Of a DNA stretch of 54,933 bases, positions 9,761-19,354 are shown one piece after another. The first letter of the stretch is position 1, and each line of letters opens with the position of its first letter. The position numbers and the translations under genes were made by a program. The stretch is from the sequence record SRR22947725_4822; one strand, given 5' to 3'. Under the pieces are notes generated by a model. That model was not told where the DNA came from and ran no database searches. It worked only from the letters and a program-made list of their open reading frames with translations.

Positions 9761-11140
9761 TCAACAGGTGGGTTGCGGATCGTTGACGTTCAGTATCGCT
9801 GGATCTCCGTAAAGAGTAAAAGATCCTGTGCGTTCTATGTTCAATTTTAACAACTGTCCCTGATGGCGTTGTTTGTTGCCTTCGAAGACTACAATCTTGT
9901 TGCATCCTGTGCGTCCCTCAAGCCGCTCTGAATTCCTGCGACTCGGACCCTCAACTAGAATTTCGACTTCACGGTTCAAAAACTGCTCGTATCGTTTTCG
10001 GCCGATCTCTGTGATACGTTTCAACAAGATGGCATGGCGCGATTCGATGATTTCCTTTGGAATCTGACCGTCCATTTCACTTGCGGGTGTCCCGGTGCGC
10101 TGTGAATATTTGAAAACAAAGGCATTATCAAACCCAACCTCCTCGGCAAGCGACATGGTGGCTTGAAAATCTTCTTCGGTTTCCCCTGGGAATCCGACGA
10201 TGATATCGGTAGTTAGTCCTATTTGAGGATTAACCTTTCGAAGTTTATGGATGATTTCAAGGAACCGCTCTCGAGTGTAAACCCGGTGCATGCGTTTCAA
10301 AAGACGGTTGCTGCCGCTTTGAACCGGAATGTGGGCACTTGGGCATAATTTGGGAAGGCGGCCGTAAGCTTCGATTAAGTCATCTCCATAGCCTTTCGGG
10401 TGTGGAGATGTGAATCGGATGCGCTCCAGGTCCTCTATTTGATGAACCGCATCCAGTAATTGAACGAATGCTGATTTACCATCCTTCATGCCAATCTCCC
10501 TTTTGCCGTAACTGTTGACAATCTGTCCTAGCAGTGTGATTTCCCTGACGCCTCGATCGACCAATTGCTGGCATTCAAGAACAATCTCCTCGATGGATCG
10601 GCTGCGTTCCTTGCCACGCGTGTAAGGGACAATGCAGAAAGTGCAATATTGATTGCATCCTTGCATGATACTGACAAAAGCAGTGACGGATGATTTTTCC
10701 GTATTTCCTTTGAGTAAGTGTTCTTTGATCGTGGCTTCGCTGCCTTGCTCCTCGTCGGTATCGACAATTTGTTGTTTTCTGCCATGAACCAGATCATCTA
10801 TATACTCTGGAGCGTGATGAAATTTCTGTGTCCCCAGCACAAGATCAACATCGGGCAGCTGATCGACCAAGGACTTACCTCGGCTTTGCGCCATGCAACC
10901 CATGAAGCCGAGAACCACGTCAGGACGGTTTCTTTTGAGTGTCACGGCCAGATTCTGCATTTTTCCAAGTGCTTTTTGCTCCGCTTGATCCCTGACACTG
11001 CATGTGTTCAGTAGCACGACGTCTGCGTGATTCTCAGATGGAGCCATGGTGTAGCCCTTGGCACAAAGCTGTGCAGCGACTGCTTCTGAGTCGCGTTCAT
11101 TCATCTGGCACCCGTAGGTTTTGATGTAAACACTTGGCAT
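9761..11140 (-). CDS. miaB: tRNA-2-methylthio-N6-dimethylallyladenosine synthase MiaB
   Basis: TYGCQMNERDS, NTCSVR, GCMAQ, radical SAM CNQYCTFC, IIVGFPGET, C-terminal TRAM domain. Confidence 0.97.
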   Translation of the reverse strand: MPSVYIKTYGCQMNERDSEAVAAQLCAKGYTMAPSENHADVVLLNTCSVRDQAEQKALGKMQNLAVTLKRNRPDVVLGFMGCMAQSRGKSLVDQLPDVDLVLGTQKFHHAPEYIDDLVHGRKQQIVDTDEEQGSEATIKEHLLKGNTEKSSVTAFVSIMQGCNQYCTFCIVPYTRGKERSRSIEEIVLECQQLVDRGVREITLLGQIVNSYGKREIGMKDGKSAFVQLLDAVHQIEDLERIRFTSPHPKGYGDDLIEAYGRLPKLCPSAHIPVQSGSNRLLKRMHRVYTRERFLEIIHKLRKVNPQIGLTTDIIVGFPGETEEDFQATMSLAEEVGFDNAFVFKYSQRTGTPASEMDGQIPKEIIESRHAILLKRITEIGRKRYEQFLNREVEILVEGPSRRNSERLEGRTGCNKIVVFEGNKQRHQGQLLKLNIERTGSFTLYGDPAILNVNDPQPTC

Positions 11141-11632
11141 TTTTAAAATACGTAACAGAAAATGGGGATTTGGATTGTTTCCTCTCCAGTTGCTTCCAGA
11201 TCATCAGTGTTTCCTGAAAGAAAGTGCCAGACTAGAAGAAAATAGAGGCATTGAAAAGAGTGAATCTCGTTGAATTTGCAGTTCGGGTATCACTTGTCGT
11301 ATTCCAGGACAATTGCATGTATCGTGAATCCAGGAAACAGCCTTTGGGCGCATAAGTTGTTACATTCCAGAACCTGGCCCGATTTATTGAAACATACATT
11401 CTTCAGAAGGTTCCATTGGCCAAAGATTGTACATCAGCTGAAAAGCAAGTTGCCACAAGTTCAGGATGCCGGGATGTGACTTTGTCGGCTGCAACTGGGT
11501 GTTTTCAATAGATTCAAGAACATGAATTGAGTTGGCTATACATGCGTTCCAGACGGGTTTCTCAGACATGCGCCCCGAGGTTTGATATATTTGAGCTGGA
11601 TTCTTCATGAGGGGTAATACTAGCTTCGCATG

Positions 11633-11660
11633 TTGACAAAGTTCTCGTGGAAACTTTAAT
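11633..11660 (+). promoter_or_regulatory. Putative sigma70-type promoter of the sulfotransferase operon
   Basis: TTGACA-N16-TTTAAT, 42 nt upstream of ATG 11703. Confidence 0.4.
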
Positions 11661-11702
11661 CGAGAAGGGCATTGAAACTTTACCTGATGTTCCCGCAGTC
11701 GA

Positions 11703-12851
11703 ATGAAGAAAACGCAACAAACTGAAGCGCGCCGCAGGAAGTTAGCGACGCACCCTTTATGTGGCGCTGATTTAAAGACGCTTTTGCGCTTGTTCCTCTC
11801 CAATGGTGCGATTGAGCGGGAACGTTTTGTGGACTTGCTCATGATTGGATGTTCTGCTGCGGCCCGCATTCCATTCAATGCCCTTGAGCGACGTCTTTTC
11901 GATCGTCAGTTGAACAATGGGATGTCAGGGAAACCTCCCGTTTTCATTCTTGGTCACTGGAGAAGCGGAACGACGCATCTTTACAATATCTTATCAAAAT
12001 CCCCAAGGTTCGGATACCTCCCGCCAATCGCAACTGGCATTCCATGGAACATGCTTACTTTAGGGCGATGGCTTGAACCGTTGCTGCTCAAAACACTTCC
12101 CCCGGAACGATTCATTGATAATGTTCCAGTGATGCCTGATTCACCGCAGGAAGATGAGATTGCGCTTGCGAATATGACCAAACCATCCTTTTACCATGGT
12201 TTGTATTTCCCCTCACGCTTTGATGAACATTTCAATCGAGGTGTTTATTTCAGGGGCTGTGCTCCTCTTGAAGTTGAAAACTGGAAGCAAACGTTCCAAT
12301 ATTTCATGCGTAAATTGTCAATCCTCCATTCTGGGCGTCCCATCTTAGTCAAGAATCCGGTTTACACAGCCAGAGTTTCCTTGCTTCAGTCCATGTATCC
12401 TGAGGCAAAGTTTATTCACATCCATCGCAATCCATACCGCGTTTTTGAGTCCATGAAGAATTTCTACAGCAATCTTTTTCATGAACTGGCTTTTCAAAAT
12501 TATGATCACCTTTCGATACCTGATATTGTTCTGGAACATTATCCCCATATCATGGATCGACTCATCTCTGATACAGAACATATGAGATCTCATCAATTCA
12601 TCGAGCTTGGCTACGATGAATTGGATCAGCGCCCCTTGTCTGTTCTTCGGGAAATCTATAAGGGGCTCGAATTTGGAGCATTCGAGGAAGATGAAGATAT
12701 CTTCACTAAGTATCTTGATTCAGTTAAACAATATCAAAAGAACCCTTACTCCCATGACTCGGAAACTATTGAAAAAGTGAATCGGCATTGGGGTAAGTAC
12801 GTGGATCACTGGGGGTATGAAGTTCCCGTCAAACAACAGGGAGCAACCTGA
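11703..12851 (+). CDS. PAPS-dependent sulfotransferase (Sulfotransfer_3 / Stf3-like)
   Basis: 5'-PSB motif GHWRSGTTHL, PQEDE, KNP, 3'-PB motif IHRNP. Confidence 0.9.
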   Translation: MKKTQQTEARRRKLATHPLCGADLKTLLRLFLSNGAIERERFVDLLMIGCSAAARIPFNALERRLFDRQLNNGMSGKPPVFILGHWRSGTTHLYNILSKSPRFGYLPPIATGIPWNMLTLGRWLEPLLLKTLPPERFIDNVPVMPDSPQEDEIALANMTKPSFYHGLYFPSRFDEHFNRGVYFRGCAPLEVENWKQTFQYFMRKLSILHSGRPILVKNPVYTARVSLLQSMYPEAKFIHIHRNPYRVFESMKNFYSNLFHELAFQNYDHLSIPDIVLEHYPHIMDRLISDTEHMRSHQFIELGYDELDQRPLSVLREIYKGLEFGAFEEDEDIFTKYLDSVKQYQKNPYSHDSETIEKVNRHWGKYVDHWGYEVPVKQQGAT

Positions 12852-13852
12852 TGAGTCACTTAACTCTGGTAACAGGAGGGGCAGGTTTCATCGGTAAACA
12901 TGTGGTTGATCAATGCCTGTCGAGAGGGGATGCAGTGCGAGTGCTGGATATTCAGATCCCTGAAAAGAAAGTGAAAGAGGTTGAGTATATTGCAGGGGAT
13001 ATCACCAATCTCTCGGATGTTCAGCAAGCCATGAAAGGCGTAAACAAAGTCTTTCATCTGGCTGCCAAAGCGGGTCTCTGGTCACACCGGAATTCCGATT
13101 TCTACCGTGTGAATCAAATGGGAACACGATATGTTTTTCAGGAAGCTGAGTCAGCTGGAGTCGACCGTATTGTTCATTGTTCGACGGAATCCATTCTTAA
13201 AAGCTTCCGGCGGAAACCAGAATTCAACACTACCAATGAATCCGTAGAATTGACTCTTCAGGATATGCCCGGGCACTACTGCCGTGCAAAGTTCCTCGCA
13301 GAACAAGAAGCCCTGACTGCAGCTGACAGAGGGGTTCCAGTCGTGATCGTGAATCCAACCGTTCCCATTGGTCCGGGTGACTCCACCCTTACGCCGCCTT
13401 CAAGAATGCTGCTTGGTTATCTGAATGGACGGTACGGTGCTTTTCTCGAGACACATATGAATATGGTGGATGCCCGCGATGTGGCAGCCGGTCACCTCGC
13501 TGCCGACGAAAAAGGAGAACCTGGGCAGCGTTACATACTTGGAGGCACCAATCTGAAATTAAGCACACTCCTTGAGGAGCTTTCAAAAATCACCGGCCGT
13601 CTCATGCCCAGCAGGCAGGTGCCTTACTGGCTTGCATTGTGCTTCAGTTATTTCAGTGAAGGGCTCTCCAACATGACAGGAAAGCCACCGGTCGCTCCCA
13701 TCACTGGAGTTCGCCTCGCAGGTTCTCCCATGCTTTTTGACAATACACGCGCCATACAGGAGTTAGGTGTTCGATTTCGACCTCTGACCGAGTCCTTGAC
13801 CGATGAAATCGCCTGGTTTCACGAACAGGGTTACCTGAGTTGGAAACCTTGA
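12851..13852 (+). CDS. NAD-dependent epimerase/dehydratase, HpnA/dihydroflavonol-reductase-like extended SDR
   Basis: GGAGFIG Rossmann motif, YCRAK catalytic YxxxK, VNPTVPIGPGD..TPP; TGATG overlap with the sulfotransferase stop. Confidence 0.9.
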   Translation: MSHLTLVTGGAGFIGKHVVDQCLSRGDAVRVLDIQIPEKKVKEVEYIAGDITNLSDVQQAMKGVNKVFHLAAKAGLWSHRNSDFYRVNQMGTRYVFQEAESAGVDRIVHCSTESILKSFRRKPEFNTTNESVELTLQDMPGHYCRAKFLAEQEALTAADRGVPVVIVNPTVPIGPGDSTLTPPSRMLLGYLNGRYGAFLETHMNMVDARDVAAGHLAADEKGEPGQRYILGGTNLKLSTLLEELSKITGRLMPSRQVPYWLALCFSYFSEGLSNMTGKPPVAPITGVRLAGSPMLFDNTRAIQELGVRFRPLTESLTDEIAWFHEQGYLSWKP

Positions 13853-13869
13853 TATTACAAACAGTGCTC

Positions 13870-16158
13870 TCAGTCATTTTTGCAAATCTCATTTCCGAGT
13901 AAACAGGGCAATACGGCACATGTTGAAACGAGTGCTGCGGCAAACGCAAGTGCACACAAACCTCCAAATTGGCTGACTGGGGGGATTGAAGACCCGAGAA
14001 ACACAGTAAATGTAAAAACAAGAATGAGACTGGTAAAGACGATGGGGCGTCCTTTCGCTTTCAGCGTAGCTATCAAAGCTTGATTTGCGGATTCTGCCAT
14101 CATTTGTCTCGAACGCCAGTAGGATACGAAATGAACGGCATCGTCCACTGCAATACCCATGGCCATGGCTCCAATCATGACAGTGAAGGTGTTAAAGGGA
14201 ATATTCAGCCATCCAGCGCTTCCGATCACAAACACAACAGCCAACAAGTTAACCGCAACAGCCATGATTCCCAATTTAAAGGATCGCCAGAGCAGGGTCA
14301 GGAGACTCAGGATAATACATGTGGTTGACAAAGCAGATCTGGTCATGCTTTGAACAATCTGCCGGTCGGATTGTATCACCTTGTACAATCCTTCTTGAAT
14401 ATTGAGCTGACATCCGTCGGGCAGTTCGCGTTCCGCAATGTCCACAATCTCACTGATTAGATTCACATAGGCTTTACCAGGCATATCAGGTGTTCGAATA
14501 ATGAGCCAGGATTTCTGGTAATCTGTATCACATAACGCTCGCATGAAGGGGTAGTTCTGCGTTTTTAAAACCATGGCGAACGTTCCCAGAATCAAATCTG
14601 ATTTTGGTAACTGAAAAGACCCAGGTGTATCCTGTTCCCATATTTGATTCATCATGGACAGCAGCTGTGCGTAGGAGTAAACAGCAGTTATCTCAGGTTT
14701 TTGCTCTGCTTGCTGCTGGAGTTTTTCAAGATAGTTCAATACCTGCCTTTGATGAATCCCATTTGGATTACCCGTATCGATTTCCATTTGGAAAATATTG
14801 GCCCCGCCGTAGACCTGGTCAAAATGTTCCAATCCTTGTCGAGTTCTTGTGTCCTTGTTTAAAAATGATTTGATGCGAATATCTGCAGACAGATACCTGA
14901 GACCGAAGGCACTGATCAGGAAGCTGACCAAGGCTGCACTCAAAATCCAGCGTCGGTTTTCAAGCAGCCAATTCAAATACCTTTGAACAAACCTTTCATG
15001 TAAATTTTCTCGATGTCGTTTGAGCGAGCCTCGATCAGCTGAGTGAGGATAGAATACATTGAGAAAGGACATTCCTGGGCCAAAGGTGGTCAAGAAGATG
15101 AGAACCACACCGCCTGCCCCCATCAAACCGATCTCCTGGATGAATGCAGATTTGCTGGCGCTGAGAGATCCCATGCCAATGGCTGTGGTCAACATGGCCA
15201 GCGAAGCTGATTTGAAGATACGTTGAATACCATCTTTTACCGGATGGCCGGTGCGGTCTTCGTTGCTTTGCCTGCAGGCCGAAAGGCAATGTATCAACAG
15301 AGTCCATTGGATCGTCGCCCAAAAGGGAATGAGCAACCAGCCGCTCAAGGGGATACCAATATTCAGTAAGGATAGTAATGCAATACCGCAAAGGAGTGTG
15401 AATGCCGATTGTATAAAAAGGAAAACCAATAATCGGAAGGATCGTATGAAACCGATCAGCATGAGAGCGATGCCTGCTGAAAGAACCGGTATCATCCACC
15501 TGATATCCGATTTCAATGCCTCCCTGACTTCATTTTCAGCGAGGGGTAAACCCAGATAATGAAAACGGTAGCCTTTTATTACCCATGGGTTCAGGACCTC
15601 ATCCAATTCTTCTGAAAGACTTGACTGACGTGTCTTTGTGATAGGAGTGCCGAAAGTCACATTGATCAAGGCCTCCATGCCATCACTTGAAACCATCACG
15701 TTTTTGATAAGCGGATTGCCCAGAGAAAAATCGGATAATTTCTTCAAGGACACAACATCTAGATGGTTCGTTGCGGCGAGTGGAACCATATCAAAACTGA
15801 AGCCGGATCTCACGGGTTTGTAGGAGTGGGTGAGACTCTTGACATCAGACGCACCTTCCATTGTCAAAAGGGCTTCACTGACATCGTGAAGACTCATCAA
15901 GCCAGAAGGAGAAAAGATACCCTCAGGGCATCTGATACTGACGACAAGCACGTCCTGATTATTGATGATACCACGCAGTTTTTCGAAAGTTTCCTGTTGG
16001 CCTTGATCTGTAGCCAGCAGTTTATCCGCTTGAGAGGAGAACTTGATCTTGGATGCCTGGAAGAGCAGGGGAAAGAGGCACAAAAGTGCAACGATTCCCA
16101 GTGGCTTTGGATATCTGAGAAAAGGGTTCATAACGGAAAAACTCATGCTCCTTGACAA
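13870..16158 (-). CDS. MMPL/RND-family lipid transporter
   Basis: Two 1+5 TM repeats with extracytoplasmic loops; GIAVDDAVH in the second half; start may be 16146 or 16131. Confidence 0.9.
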   Translation of the reverse strand: MSRSMSFSVMNPFLRYPKPLGIVALLCLFPLLFQASKIKFSSQADKLLATDQGQQETFEKLRGIINNQDVLVVSIRCPEGIFSPSGLMSLHDVSEALLTMEGASDVKSLTHSYKPVRSGFSFDMVPLAATNHLDVVSLKKLSDFSLGNPLIKNVMVSSDGMEALINVTFGTPITKTRQSSLSEELDEVLNPWVIKGYRFHYLGLPLAENEVREALKSDIRWMIPVLSAGIALMLIGFIRSFRLLVFLFIQSAFTLLCGIALLSLLNIGIPLSGWLLIPFWATIQWTLLIHCLSACRQSNEDRTGHPVKDGIQRIFKSASLAMLTTAIGMGSLSASKSAFIQEIGLMGAGGVVLIFLTTFGPGMSFLNVFYPHSADRGSLKRHRENLHERFVQRYLNWLLENRRWILSAALVSFLISAFGLRYLSADIRIKSFLNKDTRTRQGLEHFDQVYGGANIFQMEIDTGNPNGIHQRQVLNYLEKLQQQAEQKPEITAVYSYAQLLSMMNQIWEQDTPGSFQLPKSDLILGTFAMVLKTQNYPFMRALCDTDYQKSWLIIRTPDMPGKAYVNLISEIVDIAERELPDGCQLNIQEGLYKVIQSDRQIVQSMTRSALSTTCIILSLLTLLWRSFKLGIMAVAVNLLAVVFVIGSAGWLNIPFNTFTVMIGAMAMGIAVDDAVHFVSYWRSRQMMAESANQALIATLKAKGRPIVFTSLILVFTFTVFLGSSIPPVSQFGGLCALAFAAALVSTCAVLPCLLGNEICKND

Positions 16159-16196
16159 GGATGATGCCTACGGGACTTTAGCTGCCTCTGAACATA

Positions 16197-17207
16197 TTAA
16201 TCCATTTTGCTTGATCTGCCTTTTGGCCACGGAAGGTCACCAGCAACTGAAGTTTTCATACTCCAAAGGTGTCCCCCAGCAGTAATGAACAAAGTCTTCA
16301 GCTCCTCCCCTCCAAAAGCGCAGTTGGTAACCTCATCATTTGGAATGGGGAGATGATCCAGAAGGATTCCGTTCTGCGTGAAAACAAACACTCCTCCTTC
16401 GTAAGGTAGTTTGGTTTCAAAGGGCAAGTTATCCGTATTCAAACCAGCCGCCACATAAATGCGCCCTGAAGCATCCTGCACCATTCCGTCTGGCCCTCTT
16501 GAAGTCTTCCAGTCAAAGATAAGTTGCTGGCTTCTTAGATTGAGGGTTCCATCCGATTTCCGCTTGAATCGCCACAACTTGTGAGCCCCGCCAACGGTAT
16601 CATTGTTATTGTCAGCAACATAAAGATACTTTTGATCGGAGGAGACAAGCACGCCATTGGGACGATCAACTTCATGCGTAATGACGCGTAACACAGTCCC
16701 GTCTTGACGGATGAGATACACCCCTTCGATTGGTGTCCCCTGATCGTCCAGCATTTCGATGTCGGATCGATCACCGTACCTTGGGTCGGAAAAGTAAATG
16801 CTTCCATCTTCATCAACGGTGATATCATTGGGAGTATTGTAGCGGCTTCCCTGATAGTGTGAGCTTAGAACGGTGATCGAGCCGTCGTTTTCCAACCGAG
16901 TGACTTGTCTTTGTTTGGGTTCGCAAGCCAGTAATCGACCGCGATAGTCAAAAAGTAAGCCATTTGTCCCAGCTTTTTCGCGGAATACGTCGAGCTTGGC
17001 TTCTTTCGGGTCCCAGCGTTGCACATTGCCATCGCCGCTGAATAGCAGGCCTAATTCGGGGTGCCACGCAGGTCCTTCACCTGCACCGCTGGTAAGTATT
17101 TCCTGAGGTTTTGCGCCCTTTGTCCAAACAGGTGGCGCTTCATTTTGAATCGTTGAACAACCTGTCAGTGCAATGATTGGAGCCAGAGTCAATACAAGGG
17201 AATGCAT
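16197..17207 (-). CDS. SMP-30/gluconolactonase family lipoprotein
   Basis: GEGPAW, NGL, NTPND, FSDP, RPNG, GPDG, TNCAFGG; lipobox-like ALTGC; start moved to ATG 17207. Confidence 0.9.
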   Translation of the reverse strand: MHSLVLTLAPIIALTGCSTIQNEAPPVWTKGAKPQEILTSGAGEGPAWHPELGLLFSGDGNVQRWDPKEAKLDVFREKAGTNGLLFDYRGRLLACEPKQRQVTRLENDGSITVLSSHYQGSRYNTPNDITVDEDGSIYFSDPRYGDRSDIEMLDDQGTPIEGVYLIRQDGTVLRVITHEVDRPNGVLVSSDQKYLYVADNNNDTVGGAHKLWRFKRKSDGTLNLRSQQLIFDWKTSRGPDGMVQDASGRIYVAAGLNTDNLPFETKLPYEGGVFVFTQNGILLDHLPIPNDEVTNCAFGGEELKTLFITAGGHLWSMKTSVAGDLPWPKGRSSKMD

Positions 17208-17336
17208 CAATTTTTGCAAGGTCAGGTGCTTGATGGTGTTCTTTCGAAACAATGACTCTGCATGAAGGATCAATGGAAACATGAACCGAATCCTAAACCT
17301 TAGGGCGAATGGCCGCAAGAGCGGGATCCATTGTCT

Positions 17337-18101
17337 TTACCACTCTCCCTGTCTTGAGAATTTATTGCGTGCCGCTTGGCTGAAACGCTGAGAGGCATTG
17401 TTGATATTATTCAGGATCTCCTCTTTTGATAAACCAGAGCAAGATCTGGCTGCTTCAATGACGGTATTGCATTCGTTGGTGTCCATGAATCGCGCGGCAT
17501 CCAGTACTCGGCTTTCATCTTCTTTTGCGATTGCCAGAAATCCATGTTTATCCGCATGTACGAGTTGTCCCGGTTGTATCGTCTGACCGAAAACCTCCAC
17601 CTCGGATCCCCAGGTGACAGGCCATGAATGAGCGTGTCCCACGCACATGCGCCTCGCCAGTGCCTTGAATCCGCTGTTAGTCATTTCATCCAAATCCCGG
17701 ATTGCACCATCGGTGATCGTGCCTACGCATCCAAGGGCTTTGTGAATGTTTGCGTTGACCTCTCCCCAAAATGATCCGATCACAGCTGGCTTGTCCAAGT
17801 CCTGCACAATGACGATTTTGGGGCCTGGTTGCGAACCGATATAATCTCGATATTCCTGCCATGCATCGGGTCTGGCCGCTGGATGATCCGCTTTTGACGG
17901 TTCGATCACTACTGTGATTGCGTAACCCACCATGGGTCCCATTGCCGGCATGTAATCTGTCGTATCCTCAAGATTGAATCCGTCTTTGGATCTATCTTGG
18001 CGAGTGATCTGTTCCCATCCATTGTAAATGGTGGGGGTGTTCCACCGCTTGAGTTGGAGTAGCTCTGAATGGCTGAGTAGGGGCTCTTTTGCGTCCTTCA
18101 T
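17337..18101 (-). CDS. RraA / HMG-aldolase family protein
   Basis: TPTIYN, FWGEVN, GTITDGAIRDLDE, HADKHG. Confidence 0.9.
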   Translation of the reverse strand: MKDAKEPLLSHSELLQLKRWNTPTIYNGWEQITRQDRSKDGFNLEDTTDYMPAMGPMVGYAITVVIEPSKADHPAARPDAWQEYRDYIGSQPGPKIVIVQDLDKPAVIGSFWGEVNANIHKALGCVGTITDGAIRDLDEMTNSGFKALARRMCVGHAHSWPVTWGSEVEVFGQTIQPGQLVHADKHGFLAIAKEDESRVLDAARFMDTNECNTVIEAARSCSGLSKEEILNNINNASQRFSQAARNKFSRQGEW

Positions 18102-18116
18102 GATTTGAACTTTTTA

Positions 18117-18935
18117 CTATATGACTAAATCATCATGGGTGTCGTCTGTGGTAAGACTATCTCCCAGATCGTGTTTCATGGTGTTTAATTCCTGTTTCAG
18201 CGCACGGCTGAACAGATATAGATCGTTGCTGCGAATGATCAAGTTTTCACCGAACTTTGCCCACTTGGTGTGTAGATTGACGTCTTCGCAGAAATGGTTG
18301 CCAGCAATTAATCCTTTGGAACGTGCTGTTTGAATGATGGTCCTGATGGCTGTTTGAAATTCAGGATGATCATATTGTTCAGGAATACCCAGACTGCATG
18401 ACAAATCATGTGGCCCAATCAGAACTCCATCCAGGCCGGGCACTGAAAGAATGGCCTCCAGTTGATCCAAGGCTGGTTGGCTCTCGATATTAATCAAAAG
18501 AATATGCCTCTGATTTTTGGATTCCAAGTATTTCAGCAATGCTGGTTCAATGTCTGAATCTCCTCGGAGGAATGAATCAAGACGGCGCCCTTTCAATGGG
18601 CGGAATTTAACCGCGCCAACTAAATCACGAACCTGTTCAGGACTTTCAATATATGGAGCTATCAAGCCAACCGCTCCTCCGTCCAGAACCTGACATGCCT
18701 GATATGGGTCCGGGCTGGGAATTCGGACAAGCGGGGGCATTCCGAGCGCGCTGTAAGTGCGGCACATCCATGATAGCTGAGAGCGATCCAGGGCGATGTG
18801 TTCACTATCGATAAATACAAAATCCACCCCCGTTTTCTTTACCATGGGGGGCCAAAGGGGGGAAGCTGTCAAAATGGCGGTTCCGTAGGCCCGCTTGTTT
18901 TGGTTCAAATATTGTTTCAATGCAATGCCGTCCAT
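18117..18935 (-). CDS. HpcH/HpaI class II pyruvate aldolase family
   Basis: FIDSEH, VRIP, NIES, IGPHDLS. Confidence 0.9.
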   Translation of the reverse strand: MDGIALKQYLNQNKRAYGTAILTASPLWPPMVKKTGVDFVFIDSEHIALDRSQLSWMCRTYSALGMPPLVRIPSPDPYQACQVLDGGAVGLIAPYIESPEQVRDLVGAVKFRPLKGRRLDSFLRGDSDIEPALLKYLESKNQRHILLINIESQPALDQLEAILSVPGLDGVLIGPHDLSCSLGIPEQYDHPEFQTAIRTIIQTARSKGLIAGNHFCEDVNLHTKWAKFGENLIIRSNDLYLFSRALKQELNTMKHDLGDSLTTDDTHDDLVI

Positions 18936-19090
18936 AGTCAGAGGACATTATCATGCTTAATGGTGGGAGAACTGTCCATGAGTAAGTGACCAGTAAATGG
19001 ATAACGTGATCACTCTACTTTTTACCTGCCAGTTGGTTCTTTCATGCGAGTTAAAATTAAACACCATTAAATACAGACTATGATTTTGGT

Positions 19091-19234
19091 AGAGTCAAAA
19101 AGGCGCATAAACCCAAAAGGGCACTCACGTCTATTTTGAAAGAGACAAAACGGCATTTACAGATTCCGAGAAAATTTTGTAAGTTACTGGTTACCAACAA
19201 AAGAGAATTAAAATTTAAAAGGCATGAAAAGTGA
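19091..19234 (+). promoter_or_regulatory. Putative sigma54-like promoter with upstream repeated motifs for hsp20
   Basis: GG-N10-GA (AGGCATG-AAAA-GTGAT) at 19221-19234; three CAAAAnGGC motifs at 19096, 19114 and 19146. Confidence 0.3.
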
Positions 19235-19354
19235 TAGATACAACAACGAACAGAGAGTTAAGGCAATGAGAAGATCTTGCCGCGGTGAACCTCGCCTCAT
19301 CAACGGCAGCATTCACCGAAAAGAAAAAATAAATAAACTGAAAGGAACAATCAT

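Noticed and set aside
11270-11878. ORFs 11270-11479 and 11384-11878
   Set aside because: No recognisable motifs; they overlap the sulfotransferase or its promoter region
19119-19145. GGCACTC half-site resembling CIRCE upstream of hsp20
   Set aside because: The second arm (GAGTGCTAA at 9-nt spacing) is absent
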